Shown here: positions 34,437 through 46,062 of the stretch, piece after piece
Numbering within the stretch: position 1 is the first letter of the stretch
How the letters are laid out: every line of letters starts with the position of its first letter
Assembly (NCBI GenBank): GCA_046726355.1
Contig: JBKPAI010000051.1
Coordinates: 1,106 to 65,105 of the forward strand
Length of the DNA: 64,000 nt
From: Acidobacteriota bacterium
Lineage (GTDB): Bacteria; Acidobacteriota; Vicinamibacteria; Vicinamibacterales; CAVVIG01
Direction: 5' to 3'
Made by a program: the position numbers and the translations under genes
Notes under the pieces: model-generated
Databases searched by the model: none
Seen by the model: only the letters and a program-made list of their open reading frames with translations
What the model was told of the DNA's origin: nothing

Positions 34437-35762
34437 TCACGCGGCCTGCCGAACGACTTCCGGCACCGCGACGAAGCGCGGCGCGATGAAGCCCCAGATC
34501 ACCAGCCCGATTCCCCAGGCGAGCATGCCGCCGAGCACGGCGTCTTTCCCGGACGCGTAGATGGCGAACACGCTGTAGACCATCGCGACGACGGCGACGG
34601 CGGCGTTGCGCCGATACTTTCGGCCGTCGAGGTGCGCGGCCTGCATCATCACCGGCAACGCGGAGAGCGCGATGATGTAGGGCACCACGTTGGTGACGAC
34701 CGCGAGATTGACCAGGACGCCGAACTGCTCGCTGAGCGACGGGGAGATCGTCGAGAGCGCAAGGACCGACTGCACGACGCCCATGACGACCATGCCGGCG
34801 ACCGGCGCACCCGTTCCGCTGACCGTGCCGAACAGGACTGGAAACATCCGCTGATCCGCGGCCGACTTCGCGGTCTGCGCGATCGTGAACTGCCATCCCA
34901 GCAGCGATCCGAGGCAGGCGAGCACCGCCAGCGCCATGATGATCAAGCCGATCGTCGGGTTGAACATGCGCGCGTAGGCGAGGCCGAACGGGCCCGTCGA
35001 GTTCGCGAGGTCGGCATTCGGCACGATCCCCTGGATGACCGTCGTCGAGAGGATGTAAATGGCGGCGGCGCCGAGCGTGCCGAACATGCACGCCAGCGGA
35101 ACGGTCCGCTTCGGATCCTCGACCGCGCTCGAATTCTGCGCCGCCGATTCCATGCCGAGAAAGGCCCACAGCGTCAGAGCGATGCTCGAACCCATGCCCT
35201 GCGCCAGGGTCATTCCCTTCGGATTCCACGCGGCGGCAAACGTTGCGCGGTCGAACCAGAACCAGCCGAAGAGCGACAGCAAGCCGACCGGGATGATGAC
35301 GCCCCAGACGGTGACGGATCCGATGCGTCCGGTCACGCCGGGTCCGCCGAAGTTCGCCACGGTCGTCAGCCAGAGCAGCGCGACGACGCCGACGCACGTC
35401 GCCGCCGGCGTCGACGAAAGCCAGGGAACGAACGGCGCGAGGTAGCCGACCGCGGAGCTGGCAATGGCCACGTTCCCGATGGCGAGCGAGAGGAAGTACA
35501 GGTAGAAGACGAGAAAGTAGCCGGACTTGCCGTACGCGTCCTCCGCGTACGCCGACATGCCTCCCTCGCGCTGGTTGAAGAGGCCAGCCTGCGCGAACCC
35601 GTAGGCAATTGCCATCGAGCCAACGGCAGTGACGAGCCACGAGAGCAGGGAAATCGCGCCGACCCGCGCCATGTTCGTCGGCAGCATGATGATTCCCGAC
35701 CCCATCATGTTGACGGCGACGATGAAGGTCAGCTGCACGAGGGTCATCTTCCGGGCCTGCAT
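34437..35762 (-). CDS. potE: putrescine-ornithine antiporter
   Basis: The N-terminus KMTLVQLTFIVAVNMMGSGIIMLP...SWLVTAVGSMA matches PotE. Further motifs are WAFLGMESA and GSLLGWQFTIAQ. It is adjacent to ornithine decarboxylase. Start is ATG 35762. Confidence 0.88.
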   Translation of the reverse strand: MQARKMTLVQLTFIVAVNMMGSGIIMLPTNMARVGAISLLSWLVTAVGSMAIAYGFAQAGLFNQREGGMSAYAEDAYGKSGYFLVFYLYFLSLAIGNVAIASSAVGYLAPFVPWLSSTPAATCVGVVALLWLTTVANFGGPGVTGRIGSVTVWGVIIPVGLLSLFGWFWFDRATFAAAWNPKGMTLAQGMGSSIALTLWAFLGMESAAQNSSAVEDPKRTVPLACMFGTLGAAAIYILSTTVIQGIVPNADLANSTGPFGLAYARMFNPTIGLIIMALAVLACLGSLLGWQFTIAQTAKSAADQRMFPVLFGTVSGTGAPVAGMVVMGVVQSVLALSTISPSLSEQFGVLVNLAVVTNVVPYIIALSALPVMMQAAHLDGRKYRRNAAVAVVAMVYSVFAIYASGKDAVLGGMLAWGIGLVIWGFIAPRFVAVPEVVRQAA

Positions 35763-35797
35763 TATCCCGCCTCCTTCACTCGCGTCCCGCGGCGACG

Positions 35798-38227
35798 CTA
35801 CGCGCGGACGACATACGTGTAGAACTTGATCCGGCCGGCCGTACGCTCCTGGAAGACGCCCTGTACTTCGTAGTTGAAACCCGGGAACCGGTTGAACGAC
35901 TCCTCGAACGCGAGAAAGTAGTCGAGCATCGGCTGCGCGCGCGCGTCCCATCGTTCGCCCGGCACCACGACGCCGATACCGGGCGGATAGATGAGAGCGA
36001 GCGTCGCCGAGACCCGGCCCCTGACCTGGTCGAGCGGCAGGTAATCGACTTCATTCGCGACCAGCGCCTCGTAGGCGTCGCGCGCCGGCATGGCGATCTC
36101 CGGGAAGCTCGACGCGCGGAAACACTCGCGCTGGAGATCCTTGACCCGCGCGCTGCGATAGAAGTCGTGCATCTCACAACACACTTGACGGAGCGAGTAC
36201 CCGGCGTAGCGCTCGGCGTGCGCCGCGCACAGCGTCGGCAGCACGTCGGCGAGCATCGCGTCGCGATCCCAGAGCTCCTTGAACTTGACCAGCTTCGCGA
36301 TCAGCGTGTTGAGCTTGCTCTCGTCCTCGGCCGGCGTCATCAGGAACAGGATGCTGTTCAAGTCGCACTTTTCCGGAACGATGCTCTGCTCGCGGAGATA
36401 GTTCGCGACCACCGTGGCCGGAACGCCGAAGTCCCGGTACTCGCCGGTGGCGCGGTCGATGCCGGGCGTCAGCAGCGTGAGCTTGTTGGGATCGACCATC
36501 GCGTAGCCGTCGATGTAGCCGGAGTATCCGTGCCACGCGCGCGACGGATCGAAGGTCCAGCACTGCTGCTCGCGCTTGAGCACGTCGGTGGGAAGCTCTT
36601 CCCAGGCGGCGTCGGTGACGTCGGCGGTGAAGGCCGAGCCTCGAATCGAGACGAGGTCGGGCACGAACGGGTCGAAGAACCACTGCTCCTGCGCGGTGCG
36701 GCCGGTCCGGGCGTAGTAGCGTCCGAATGCGCGGAGCTTCTTACGCGCTTCGATGCCGAGGGCGATGCACCGGTCCCACAGCGCCTCGCCGCTCCGGCCT
36801 TCGTGAATCTTCGCGTTCACGTCGAGCGACGCGAACAGCGGATAGAACGGCGAGGTCGACGCGTTCATCAGAAACGACTCGTTGAAGCGTTTGTGCTCGA
36901 CGAAGCGTTTCTGCCCGCGGATGTGATCGTCGCGCTTGTGGATCTGTGACGCCTGCGAGAATCCGGCGCCCTGCTTGTGCACCGACTGCGTCGAGAACAG
37001 CCCCGCCATGTCCGGTCCGAGCCGGGGCAGCCGCATCGGGCTGTGATCGGCGAACAGCGGGTGGAACGCGTTGTAGCCGATCCAGGCCTCGTCCCACAGG
37101 ACGTAGTCGCACAGCGCCCCGATCTGCTCGAGCACCTTGCGGACGTTGTAGACGGTGCCGTCGTAGGTCGCGAGCTGGATGCACGCGAGGCGGAACGGCC
37201 GGTTGACCTTGTGCCGATCCGGATCGGTGACGAGCGGATTGATCCGAATCTGCTCGCGCAGGTACTTCTCGTCCCACGCGTCCCAATCGACCGCGCCGAT
37301 CATGCCGAACGCGTTGCGCGACGTGGGCAGGAAGATCGGAATCGCGCCCGCCTGCACCAGCGCCCCCTGATGGAGCGACTTGTGGTTGTTCCGGTCGAAC
37401 AACACCAGGTCGCCGCGCCGCAGGACGGCGTTGGTCACGACCTTGTTCGAGGTGCTCGTGCCGTTCAGGACGAAGTAGGTCTTGTCGGCGCCGAAGACGT
37501 GCGCCGCGTGCTGCTGCGCGCGCGCGGCGGCGCCGTCGTGGATGAGGAGATCGCCCAGGCGCACGTCGGCGTTGCACAGATCGTTGCGGAAGATGCCTTC
37601 GCCGAAGTGCTTGAAGAACAGCTGTCCCGCCGGCGATTTGCGATAGAACTGACCGCCCTGGTGGCCGGGACAGTCGAACGCGATGTTGGCTTCGGCGTCG
37701 TACGCCATCAGGCCGCCGAAAAATGGCGGCAGCAGGCTCATGCCGTAGCGGACGATGCTCGCCACGACCTGCTTGGCGTAGAACGCCGGCGACTGCTGCC
37801 CCAGATAGATGTAGCCCTCCACCTCGCCGGTGAGCCCGAGGACGGCGATGTCCGCGATCTGGTGCGAGTCGGCCAGCGCCCACAGCGGCGTGCCGAAGCC
37901 GGCTTCGCGAACGGCGCGGCCGAGATCCCGCGCCCGCTCGCGGCGGTCGCCGTCGATCAGTACGACGTAGGCGCCGACGTCCGCGTCCTCGGAAACGTCC
38001 CGCCCGAAGGTGTCGGTCACCTCGATCTGAAAGCTCGCGGCGGCAATGTGGTCCAGCAGTTGACGCGTGTGCAGGTGGTCACGATCGACGATCGCGACGA
38101 CTTTGAGCAGCTTGTGAAACGGGATTGGAATCGTCGGAACCGGAACGGTGAAGGCCGGCCTCGTCTGCCGCGCGCCGGTGTCGACCGCCGCCGTCGCTCC
38201 GTCGCGAAGGTCAGTAACTGTAAGCAA
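35798..38227 (-). CDS. speF: ornithine decarboxylase (SpeF/SpeC family)
   Basis: Motifs FDCPGHQGG, DLCNADVRLGDLLIH, NGTSTSNK, DRNNHKS, QSVHKQGAGFSQASQIH (ODC-type PLP Lys), STSPFYP, EKCDLNSILFL, IYPPG. The only canonical start ahead of the wing domain is TTG 38227. Confidence 0.88.
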   Translation of the reverse strand: MLTVTDLRDGATAAVDTGARQTRPAFTVPVPTIPIPFHKLLKVVAIVDRDHLHTRQLLDHIAAASFQIEVTDTFGRDVSEDADVGAYVVLIDGDRRERARDLGRAVREAGFGTPLWALADSHQIADIAVLGLTGEVEGYIYLGQQSPAFYAKQVVASIVRYGMSLLPPFFGGLMAYDAEANIAFDCPGHQGGQFYRKSPAGQLFFKHFGEGIFRNDLCNADVRLGDLLIHDGAAARAQQHAAHVFGADKTYFVLNGTSTSNKVVTNAVLRRGDLVLFDRNNHKSLHQGALVQAGAIPIFLPTSRNAFGMIGAVDWDAWDEKYLREQIRINPLVTDPDRHKVNRPFRLACIQLATYDGTVYNVRKVLEQIGALCDYVLWDEAWIGYNAFHPLFADHSPMRLPRLGPDMAGLFSTQSVHKQGAGFSQASQIHKRDDHIRGQKRFVEHKRFNESFLMNASTSPFYPLFASLDVNAKIHEGRSGEALWDRCIALGIEARKKLRAFGRYYARTGRTAQEQWFFDPFVPDLVSIRGSAFTADVTDAAWEELPTDVLKREQQCWTFDPSRAWHGYSGYIDGYAMVDPNKLTLLTPGIDRATGEYRDFGVPATVVANYLREQSIVPEKCDLNSILFLMTPAEDESKLNTLIAKLVKFKELWDRDAMLADVLPTLCAAHAERYAGYSLRQVCCEMHDFYRSARVKDLQRECFRASSFPEIAMPARDAYEALVANEVDYLPLDQVRGRVSATLALIYPPGIGVVVPGERWDARAQPMLDYFLAFEESFNRFPGFNYEVQGVFQERTAGRIKFYTYVVRA

Positions 38228-39575
38228 TGTAGATCATCCCGTAGCCGAAATTCCTGGTCTGGTTGCCGGCCTGCTTCACCGCCTCGCCGGGGTTGGCGAA
38301 GGCCGCGACGACGCTCACCGTGAAGTTCCGGTTGATCTTCCAGTCGGTGTACGCGTCGATCTCGAACGCCAGATGCTTGTCGGTGACGCCGGCCGCATAC
38401 GACGCCGGCTGGTCGAGCGTGAAGTCGAAGAACATCAGCCCGCCGCCGATCGACTCGGTCGGCGAGACGTGCGCGCGGACAAGGCCGGAGCGCAGATTCG
38501 AGTTGGACAGGAAGTACTCGCCGCCGATCTCGCCCTGCCACCACGCGCCCCAGTCGGAGAAGCCGAGGAGCAGGGGATCGAACGATTCGTTTTGCGGCGT
38601 CGCGGGGTCGTCGCCCTGGAAGTACGCGTAGCGGTAGCTGAATCTCGGTTTCCATCCCATCTCGCTGAGCTGATACGCGCCCTGGAGCGTCCACGCGTTC
38701 GAGTTGAGTGCGTCGCCGTTGCGCTCCGACGCGTACTCGACCTCGAACGACAGATCGCGAGCGGCAGGAACAGGCGTCGTGTACGCGCGGACGTTGAAGA
38801 CGTTCAGGTGATCGCGCTGCGGCGAGACGTCGGGCTTGGCCCAGAACTTCATGTAGGTCGCGCCGAACGTGGAATGCGAGTCAGGTCGGATCTCGTAGTT
38901 GGCGCCCCACAATTGCGTGCCCGTGACGTGCTCGGGAAGGTCGTCCTTCTTCAGGAAGAACGTTTCGACGGTGTGCAGCCCCGGCTTGACGCGGCCGATC
39001 GCGGCCAGCGCAAATGCCTTCCGGGCGTTGCTCCAGTACCCGCCGCGGCTGCCGCCCTCGGCGGCGCCGTCCCAGAGCAGGAACCCGTGGCCGAGCGTGT
39101 ACTGGGCGCGGCCGAACTGGACGTCGATCAGATCCGCGGACGACCCGATCGATTCCCCGGATCGCCAGCCGATGGCGGCGTCTTCAGGGAAGAACGACGA
39201 AAAATCCGAGCCGACCAGCTCGGGCGCCGAGCCGTACGTGCGCTCGCCGACGGCGCTCAGCTTCCCGTACAGCTGACTGGACCGGGCCAGCGTGTAGGTC
39301 GCCGACAGCGACGGTTTCACGTAGCCCTCGCCCCAGTGGTTGCCGAAGTCTTCGGGCACCTGTTCCTTCGGGTCGTTGAACACCGAGTTGTGGAACCCGA
39401 AGCTGCCCGCCGCGGCGTCGAAGTTGAACTTCCAGTCGATGCCTGTCGGCAGGCCGGTCGTGCGTGGTGCCGGTTGTTCCGGGTTCTCGGCGGGCGCCTC
39501 CTGTGCGGTCACGATCGCCGGGACGAGCAGCGCGACCGAGAGAAGCGCGAAAGGTACTGTGTTCGTGCGCCGCAT
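38211..39575 (-). CDS. alginate-export (AlgE-like) family outer-membrane beta-barrel
   Basis: Signal peptide, GRAQYTLGHGFLLWDG, YAYFQGDDP, FDPL, FEIDAY, and a C-terminal aromatic strand (MIYIAYSY). Confidence 0.72.
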   Translation of the reverse strand: MRRTNTVPFALLSVALLVPAIVTAQEAPAENPEQPAPRTTGLPTGIDWKFNFDAAAGSFGFHNSVFNDPKEQVPEDFGNHWGEGYVKPSLSATYTLARSSQLYGKLSAVGERTYGSAPELVGSDFSSFFPEDAAIGWRSGESIGSSADLIDVQFGRAQYTLGHGFLLWDGAAEGGSRGGYWSNARKAFALAAIGRVKPGLHTVETFFLKKDDLPEHVTGTQLWGANYEIRPDSHSTFGATYMKFWAKPDVSPQRDHLNVFNVRAYTTPVPAARDLSFEVEYASERNGDALNSNAWTLQGAYQLSEMGWKPRFSYRYAYFQGDDPATPQNESFDPLLLGFSDWGAWWQGEIGGEYFLSNSNLRSGLVRAHVSPTESIGGGLMFFDFTLDQPASYAAGVTDKHLAFEIDAYTDWKINRNFTVSVVAAFANPGEAVKQAGNQTRNFGYGMIYIAYSY

Positions 39576-39587
39576 GTCCCGACGTCC

Positions 39588-39603
39588 TGCAGCCCCGCTG
39601 CCA
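39588..39603 (-). promoter_or_regulatory. putative sigma54 -24/-12 promoter of the porin-speF-potE-adiA-arc block
   Basis: Minus strand reads TGGCAGCGGGGCTGCA (GG-N10-GC). The -12 C is 14 nt from ATG 39575. Confidence 0.62.
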
Positions 39604-39702
39604 GGAGAGAGGCGTTCGGATGCTGAGGACCAAACCGCAATGCGATGAGAGAATTGCGGTGCGCGGGCGGGGATGCGGCGGTTCGGCGGCGACCGGTGTC
39701 CA

Positions 39703-39718
39703 CTCCGACAGTTCGGAG
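39703..39718. promoter_or_regulatory. palindrome CTCCGA-N4-TCGGAG, putative activator binding site
   Basis: CTCCGACAGTTCGGAG is identical over 16 nt to 46751-46766 and lies about 110 bp upstream of the 39.6-kb promoter. Confidence 0.68.
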
Positions 39719-39721
39719 CAC

Positions 39722-40135
39722 CTACGAGACGCGCTGGCGCCGCTTCACTTTCAACTGCGCGAGGGAGCGCGCGAGGGCCGCGTTCACCGTCGCGACTTCC
39801 TCGTCGGCGATCTTGTCGCGCAGCCGCGCCGCCGCGCGCTGGCGCGCTTCTTCGGCCTTCGCTTCGTCGATGTCCTTCACCGCGACGGCCATGTCGGTGG
39901 CGATCGCGACGTGATCGCCCGTGACTTCGACGACGCCTCCGCCCACCGCGAGGAACTCCTCGACGCCGTTGCGCCGGACGATCATTTCGCCCGGCGTCAC
40001 GCGCGTCAGCAGTGGCACGTGATGCGGGTAGATGCCGATTTGCTGTTCGACCGCGGGCAGCGTGACCATCTCGACGTCTGCGGAGTAGACGACGGCGGTG
40101 GGTGTGACGATCTCGAGCTTCAGCGTGGCGGCCAT
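39722..40135 (-). CDS. atpC: F1Fo ATP synthase epsilon subunit
   Basis: Motifs LKLEIVTP, GIYPHHVPL, GGVVEV, IDEAKAEEARQRA, plus a C-terminal helix. Confidence 0.93.
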   Translation of the reverse strand: MAATLKLEIVTPTAVVYSADVEMVTLPAVEQQIGIYPHHVPLLTRVTPGEMIVRRNGVEEFLAVGGGVVEVTGDHVAIATDMAVAVKDIDEAKAEEARQRAAARLRDKIADEEVATVNAALARSLAQLKVKRRQRVS

Positions 40136-40145
40136 CGTCGGCTCC

Positions 40146-42429
<2,284 letters not shown>

Positions 42430-42432
42430 GGC

Positions 42433-43965
42433 TCAGGGGCAGCTCTGTTTGAACTGCGCCGCGGCGGCGGTCAGCTCCGCCGTCAGCCAATCGCTGAGCG
42501 CCTGTTCGGCGGCGATCCTGGCGAGCAATTCGCCCTTCGACGTCGTCAGGTATTCGGTGAACCGTCCCTGGAAGTCCTTCACCCGCTCGAGCGGCACATC
42601 GTCGAGACATCCGTTCTGCACCGCCCACAGCACGGCGATCTGGATTTCGACCGGTATCGGGTTGTGCTGCGGCTGGTTGAACAGTTCGATGATGCGCTTG
42701 CCGCGATCGATCTTGGCCTGCGTCGCGGCGTCGAGCTCGGAGCCGAACTGCGCGAACGCGGCCAGCTCGCGAAACTGTGCCAGCTCTCCCTTCAGCCGCC
42801 CGGCAACCTGCTTCATCGCCTTGAGCTGCGCCGCAGAGCCGACGCGCGAGACCGAGATGCCGACGGAGATGGCCGGCCGCGTGCCCTGATAGAAGAGGTC
42901 GGTCTCGAGGAAGATCTGGCCGTCGGTGATCGAGATGACGTTGGTCGGGATATAGGCCGAGACGTCTCCCGCCTGCGTTTCGATGATCGGAAGCGCCGTC
43001 ACCGATCCGTTGCCGTAGCGCTCGCCGACGCGAGCCGCCCGCTCGAGCAGCCGGCTGTGCAGGTAGAACACGTCGCCCGGATAGGCTTCGCGGCCCGACG
43101 GCCGCTTGAGCACGAGCGAGACCTGACGGTAGGCGACCGCGTGCTTGGACAGATCGTCGTAGACGATGAGCGCGTCCATACCATGGTCCATGAACCACTC
43201 GGCCATGGCCGCGCCCGCGAACGGCGCCAGGTACTGGCTCGTCGCCGAGTCCGCTGCCGGCGCCGCCATCACGATGGTGTAGGGCATCGCGCCGTTCTCT
43301 TCGAGCACCGACACGAGCCGCGCGATCGTCGACTGCTTCTGGCCGATGGCGACGTAGATGCAGTAGAGCGGACGGTAGTCCTTGTCGCCCGCAGCCTGGG
43401 CGGCGCTGTTCAGTCGTGCCTGGCTGATGATCGTGTCGACGCAGATCGTCGTCTTCCCGGTCGACCGGTCGCCGATGATCAACTCGCGCTGGCCGCGCCC
43501 GATCGGGATCATCGCGTCGATTGCCATGATGCCGGTCTGCACCGGCTGGCTGATGGGGCGCCGGCGCATGATGCCGGGCGCGAGTTTCTCCACCGGATAC
43601 GCGGTGTCGCTGGCAATCGGGCCCTTGCCGTCCAGCGGCTCGCCGAGCGCGTTCACCACGCGGCCCAGGAGCGCCTTTCCGACCGGCACCTGCAGCAGCT
43701 TGCCCGTGGCGCGGACCTCTCCGCCTTCTGCGAGTCGCGTGTCGTCGCCGAGGACAATGACGCCGACGTCGGTCTCCTCGAGGCTCAACGCCAAGCCGGT
43801 GACGCCGTGGCCCAGGTCGAGCATCTCATTGAGCATCACGTCGCCGAGGCCCTCGACGCGGGCGACGCCGTCACCGACTTCGCGGATCACGCCGACGTTG
43901 GTCCGGATCGTCGCGGTTCTGACGCCAGCGATGCGCGCTTCGATGTCCTGCAGCAGCGTGCTCAT
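42433..43965 (-). CDS. atpA: F1Fo ATP synthase alpha subunit
   Basis: Motifs [58 protein letters not shown]. Confidence 0.96.
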   Translation of the reverse strand: MSTLLQDIEARIAGVRTATIRTNVGVIREVGDGVARVEGLGDVMLNEMLDLGHGVTGLALSLEETDVGVIVLGDDTRLAEGGEVRATGKLLQVPVGKALLGRVVNALGEPLDGKGPIASDTAYPVEKLAPGIMRRRPISQPVQTGIMAIDAMIPIGRGQRELIIGDRSTGKTTICVDTIISQARLNSAAQAAGDKDYRPLYCIYVAIGQKQSTIARLVSVLEENGAMPYTIVMAAPAADSATSQYLAPFAGAAMAEWFMDHGMDALIVYDDLSKHAVAYRQVSLVLKRPSGREAYPGDVFYLHSRLLERAARVGERYGNGSVTALPIIETQAGDVSAYIPTNVISITDGQIFLETDLFYQGTRPAISVGISVSRVGSAAQLKAMKQVAGRLKGELAQFRELAAFAQFGSELDAATQAKIDRGKRIIELFNQPQHNPIPVEIQIAVLWAVQNGCLDDVPLERVKDFQGRFTEYLTTSKGELLARIAAEQALSDWLTAELTAAAAQFKQSCP

Positions 43966-43974
43966 GCCTGTCCC

Positions 43975-44367
43975 TCAAAAACTCGATTCGAGCGCGGCCA
44001 GACCGGCGCGGACGCTGCCGTCGTACACGTCGCTGCCGACCTGCACGCGGATCCCGCCGATCAGCCCCGGGTCGATGACGAACGTCGTGACCAGGCGGCG
44101 ATGATTCAGGTGTGCGAGCCCGCGCTCGATGTCGTCGCGGACCGCCTCGTCGAGCGGCGCCGCGCTGGCGACGATCGCGGCGTGTTCGGCTTCGTCGAGC
44201 CGCACCAGGCGGACGAACTGTTTCAGCACCGACAGCGTGCCTGCGCTCGGCGACTGGACGATCCGATCGACGACCTGCCGCGCGCGCGCCTCGTCGAGCA
44301 CGCCGTCGGCCAGACACGCGCGCCACAACTCCTGCGCGTCCCGCTTCACCTGTCGCGACTTCTTCAT
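43975..44367 (-). CDS. atpH: F1Fo ATP synthase delta subunit (short form)
   Basis: C-terminal OSCP-like motif ASAAPL...DPGLIGGIRVQVGSDVYDGSV. It lies between atpF and atpA and is only 130 aa. Confidence 0.85.
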   Translation of the reverse strand: MKKSRQVKRDAQELWRACLADGVLDEARARQVVDRIVQSPSAGTLSVLKQFVRLVRLDEAEHAAIVASAAPLDEAVRDDIERGLAHLNHRRLVTTFVIDPGLIGGIRVQVGSDVYDGSVRAGLAALESSF

Positions 44368-44376
44368 GGCATCGTC

Positions 44377-44925
44377 CTACGAGGCCTTCAGTTCTCTGGC
44401 GCTCTCTTCGGCCAGCCGCCGCTGATCGTCCGCGGTCAGGATCTTGCCGGTGACGGCAGCGGTGGTCCGCACCACCAGCCGCCCGAGCTCGCGCCGCAGC
44501 TCGTTCATCATCCGCCGGTGCTCCTGCGCCGCGGCGTCGCGGGCCTTGACGATGATCTGCTCGGCGGCGGTGACGGCGCGCTGCGTCTCGCGTTCCTGTA
44601 CCCGCCGGGCGAGATCGCGGGCCTCCGCCACCAGGCGGGCGCCCTCCTCGCGCGCGGCGGTCAGCGCCTGCTGGCGCTGGGTCTCGATGGCCGCGAGCGC
44701 GGCGTTGATTTTCTCCGTGTTGGCGAGGCCCTGCGCGATTTGCTGGCGGCGCGCTTCGAGCATCGCCAGCACCGGTTTGTACGCCAGGCGGTACAGGAGC
44801 GCGCACACGATCGCAAAGCTGATCACCTGGGCGCCCAGATGAGGCCAGTCGACGCCGAACGTGGCGGCGATCGTCTCGGGGGCAGCGGTCTCGTGCGGCT
44901 GGAGCATCAACGCGAGAAACGTCAT
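44377..44925 (-). CDS. atpF: F1Fo ATP synthase b subunit
   Basis: A TM segment (FGVDWPHLGAQVISFAIVCALLYRLAYKPV) followed by a long Ala/Arg/Glu coiled coil. Start is ATG 44925. Confidence 0.9.
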   Translation of the reverse strand: MTFLALMLQPHETAAPETIAATFGVDWPHLGAQVISFAIVCALLYRLAYKPVLAMLEARRQQIAQGLANTEKINAALAAIETQRQQALTAAREEGARLVAEARDLARRVQERETQRAVTAAEQIIVKARDAAAQEHRRMMNELRRELGRLVVRTTAAVTGKILTADDQRRLAEESARELKAS

Positions 44926-44936
44926 GGCGACGCCCG

Positions 44937-45125
44937 CTACCTGACGAGGAACAACGCGTAAAACACGATCGCTTCGGCGAACGCGATGGCCAGAATCGAC
45001 TGGACCATGACGGCCGTCGCCGAGCCGGGATTTCGGCCGACCGCGGACGCCGCGGTGGCTCCGATCCACCCTACCGCGAGAGCCGAACCCAATGCCGCGA
45101 GACCGACGTGCAGATTGCCGCCCAT
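44937..45125 (-). CDS. atpE: F1Fo ATP synthase c subunit (62 aa)
   Basis: Two hydrophobic helices, an RNP loop, and the ion-binding Glu in AFAEAI. Confidence 0.9.
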   Translation of the reverse strand: MGGNLHVGLAALGSALAVGWIGATAASAVGRNPGSATAVMVQSILAIAFAEAIVFYALFLVR

Positions 45126-45161
45126 GCTTTCTCGCCCCCTTCTTTGAGCCGTGTCGCCATT

Positions 45162-46052
45162 TCAGTTGTGCGCGGCCGCAGGTGTCGCTTCGTGATGCTG
45201 ACAAATGAGCAGCGTGAACACCGCGGTCAGCAGCATGAAGACCAGCGCCTGTACGAAACCCACGAGCAATTCGAGGAAATAGAACGGAACCTGCACCAGC
45301 CAGCCGATGCGCGGCATGCGCGCCATCGTTTCGAGCATCGTTTCGCCGGCGAAGATGTTGCCGTACAGCCGGAAGCTCAATGAGACGGGGCGGAACAGGA
45401 TCGACACGATTTCCAGACACCCCGCCGCGAAGAACACGACGACGAGCAGGATTCTCAGCGCGCCCGCGCTCTCGCCTTTCGGCGCGAACAGCTCCTTGAG
45501 GAACCCGATCGGTCCAAGCTCGCGCAGACCCCACACGATCCACGACCCGAAGAAGACGAGCGCCATCGCCAGCGTCATGTTCACGTCGGCATTCGCGCCG
45601 CGAAGCAGCGGCTCGGTGATGGCGAAGCCGGCCGGCGTTCGCTGGCCCCAGCCGATCGATCCGACGCCGGGAACCAGGCCGATCCAGTTCGACGCCAGAA
45701 TGAAGATGAAAATGCTGGCGAAGAACCAGAACGTCCGCTCGACCAGGTGGCGGCCGATGATCCCTTCGAGAAACCGATAGAGTCCCTCGACGAGCCACTC
45801 GAGAAAGTTCTGCGCGCCGTCCGGCACCTGCTGCATTTTCCGCGTCGCCGCCTGCGCGAAGACGACGAGCGACAGCGCCACCACCCACGTGACCACCATC
45901 GAATTGGTGATCGGGAAGCCAAATGGATGCGCGATCTCGACCGCCTTCGGCGACAGGCCATGTTCCGCGGTCGCCGCGAATACCGCGGTCGAGCCCGACA
46001 CGACGAACGCGATCGCGCCGAGCGCCGCCAATCTGATCGTCGATCCGAACAT
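45162..46052 (-). CDS. atpB: F1Fo ATP synthase a subunit
   Basis: Motifs ITNSM, QNFLE, ASNWIGLVPG, RPVSLSFRLYGNIFAGE (essential Arg), ELLVGFVQALVF. Confidence 0.94.
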   Translation of the reverse strand: MFGSTIRLAALGAIAFVVSGSTAVFAATAEHGLSPKAVEIAHPFGFPITNSMVVTWVVALSLVVFAQAATRKMQQVPDGAQNFLEWLVEGLYRFLEGIIGRHLVERTFWFFASIFIFILASNWIGLVPGVGSIGWGQRTPAGFAITEPLLRGANADVNMTLAMALVFFGSWIVWGLRELGPIGFLKELFAPKGESAGALRILLVVVFFAAGCLEIVSILFRPVSLSFRLYGNIFAGETMLETMARMPRIGWLVQVPFYFLELLVGFVQALVFMLLTAVFTLLICQHHEATPAAAHN

Positions 46053-46062
46053 CGTCGTCGCC

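Noticed and set aside
38211-39575. Alginate biosynthesis/export locus
   Set aside because: Only the barrel is present. There is no glycosyltransferase, epimerase or acetylation gene in the window.
39635-39660. Inverted repeat ACCGCAAT-N11-ATTGCGGT as a terminator
   Set aside because: The loop is long and the U-run is minimal. It may be a hairpin or a second binding site, but it occurs once and I cannot support a call.
39703-39718. Intrinsic terminator of the atp operon
   Set aside because: It has only a 6-bp stem and no U-tract. The identical 16-mer occurs at 46751 between divergent genes, where a terminator makes no sense.
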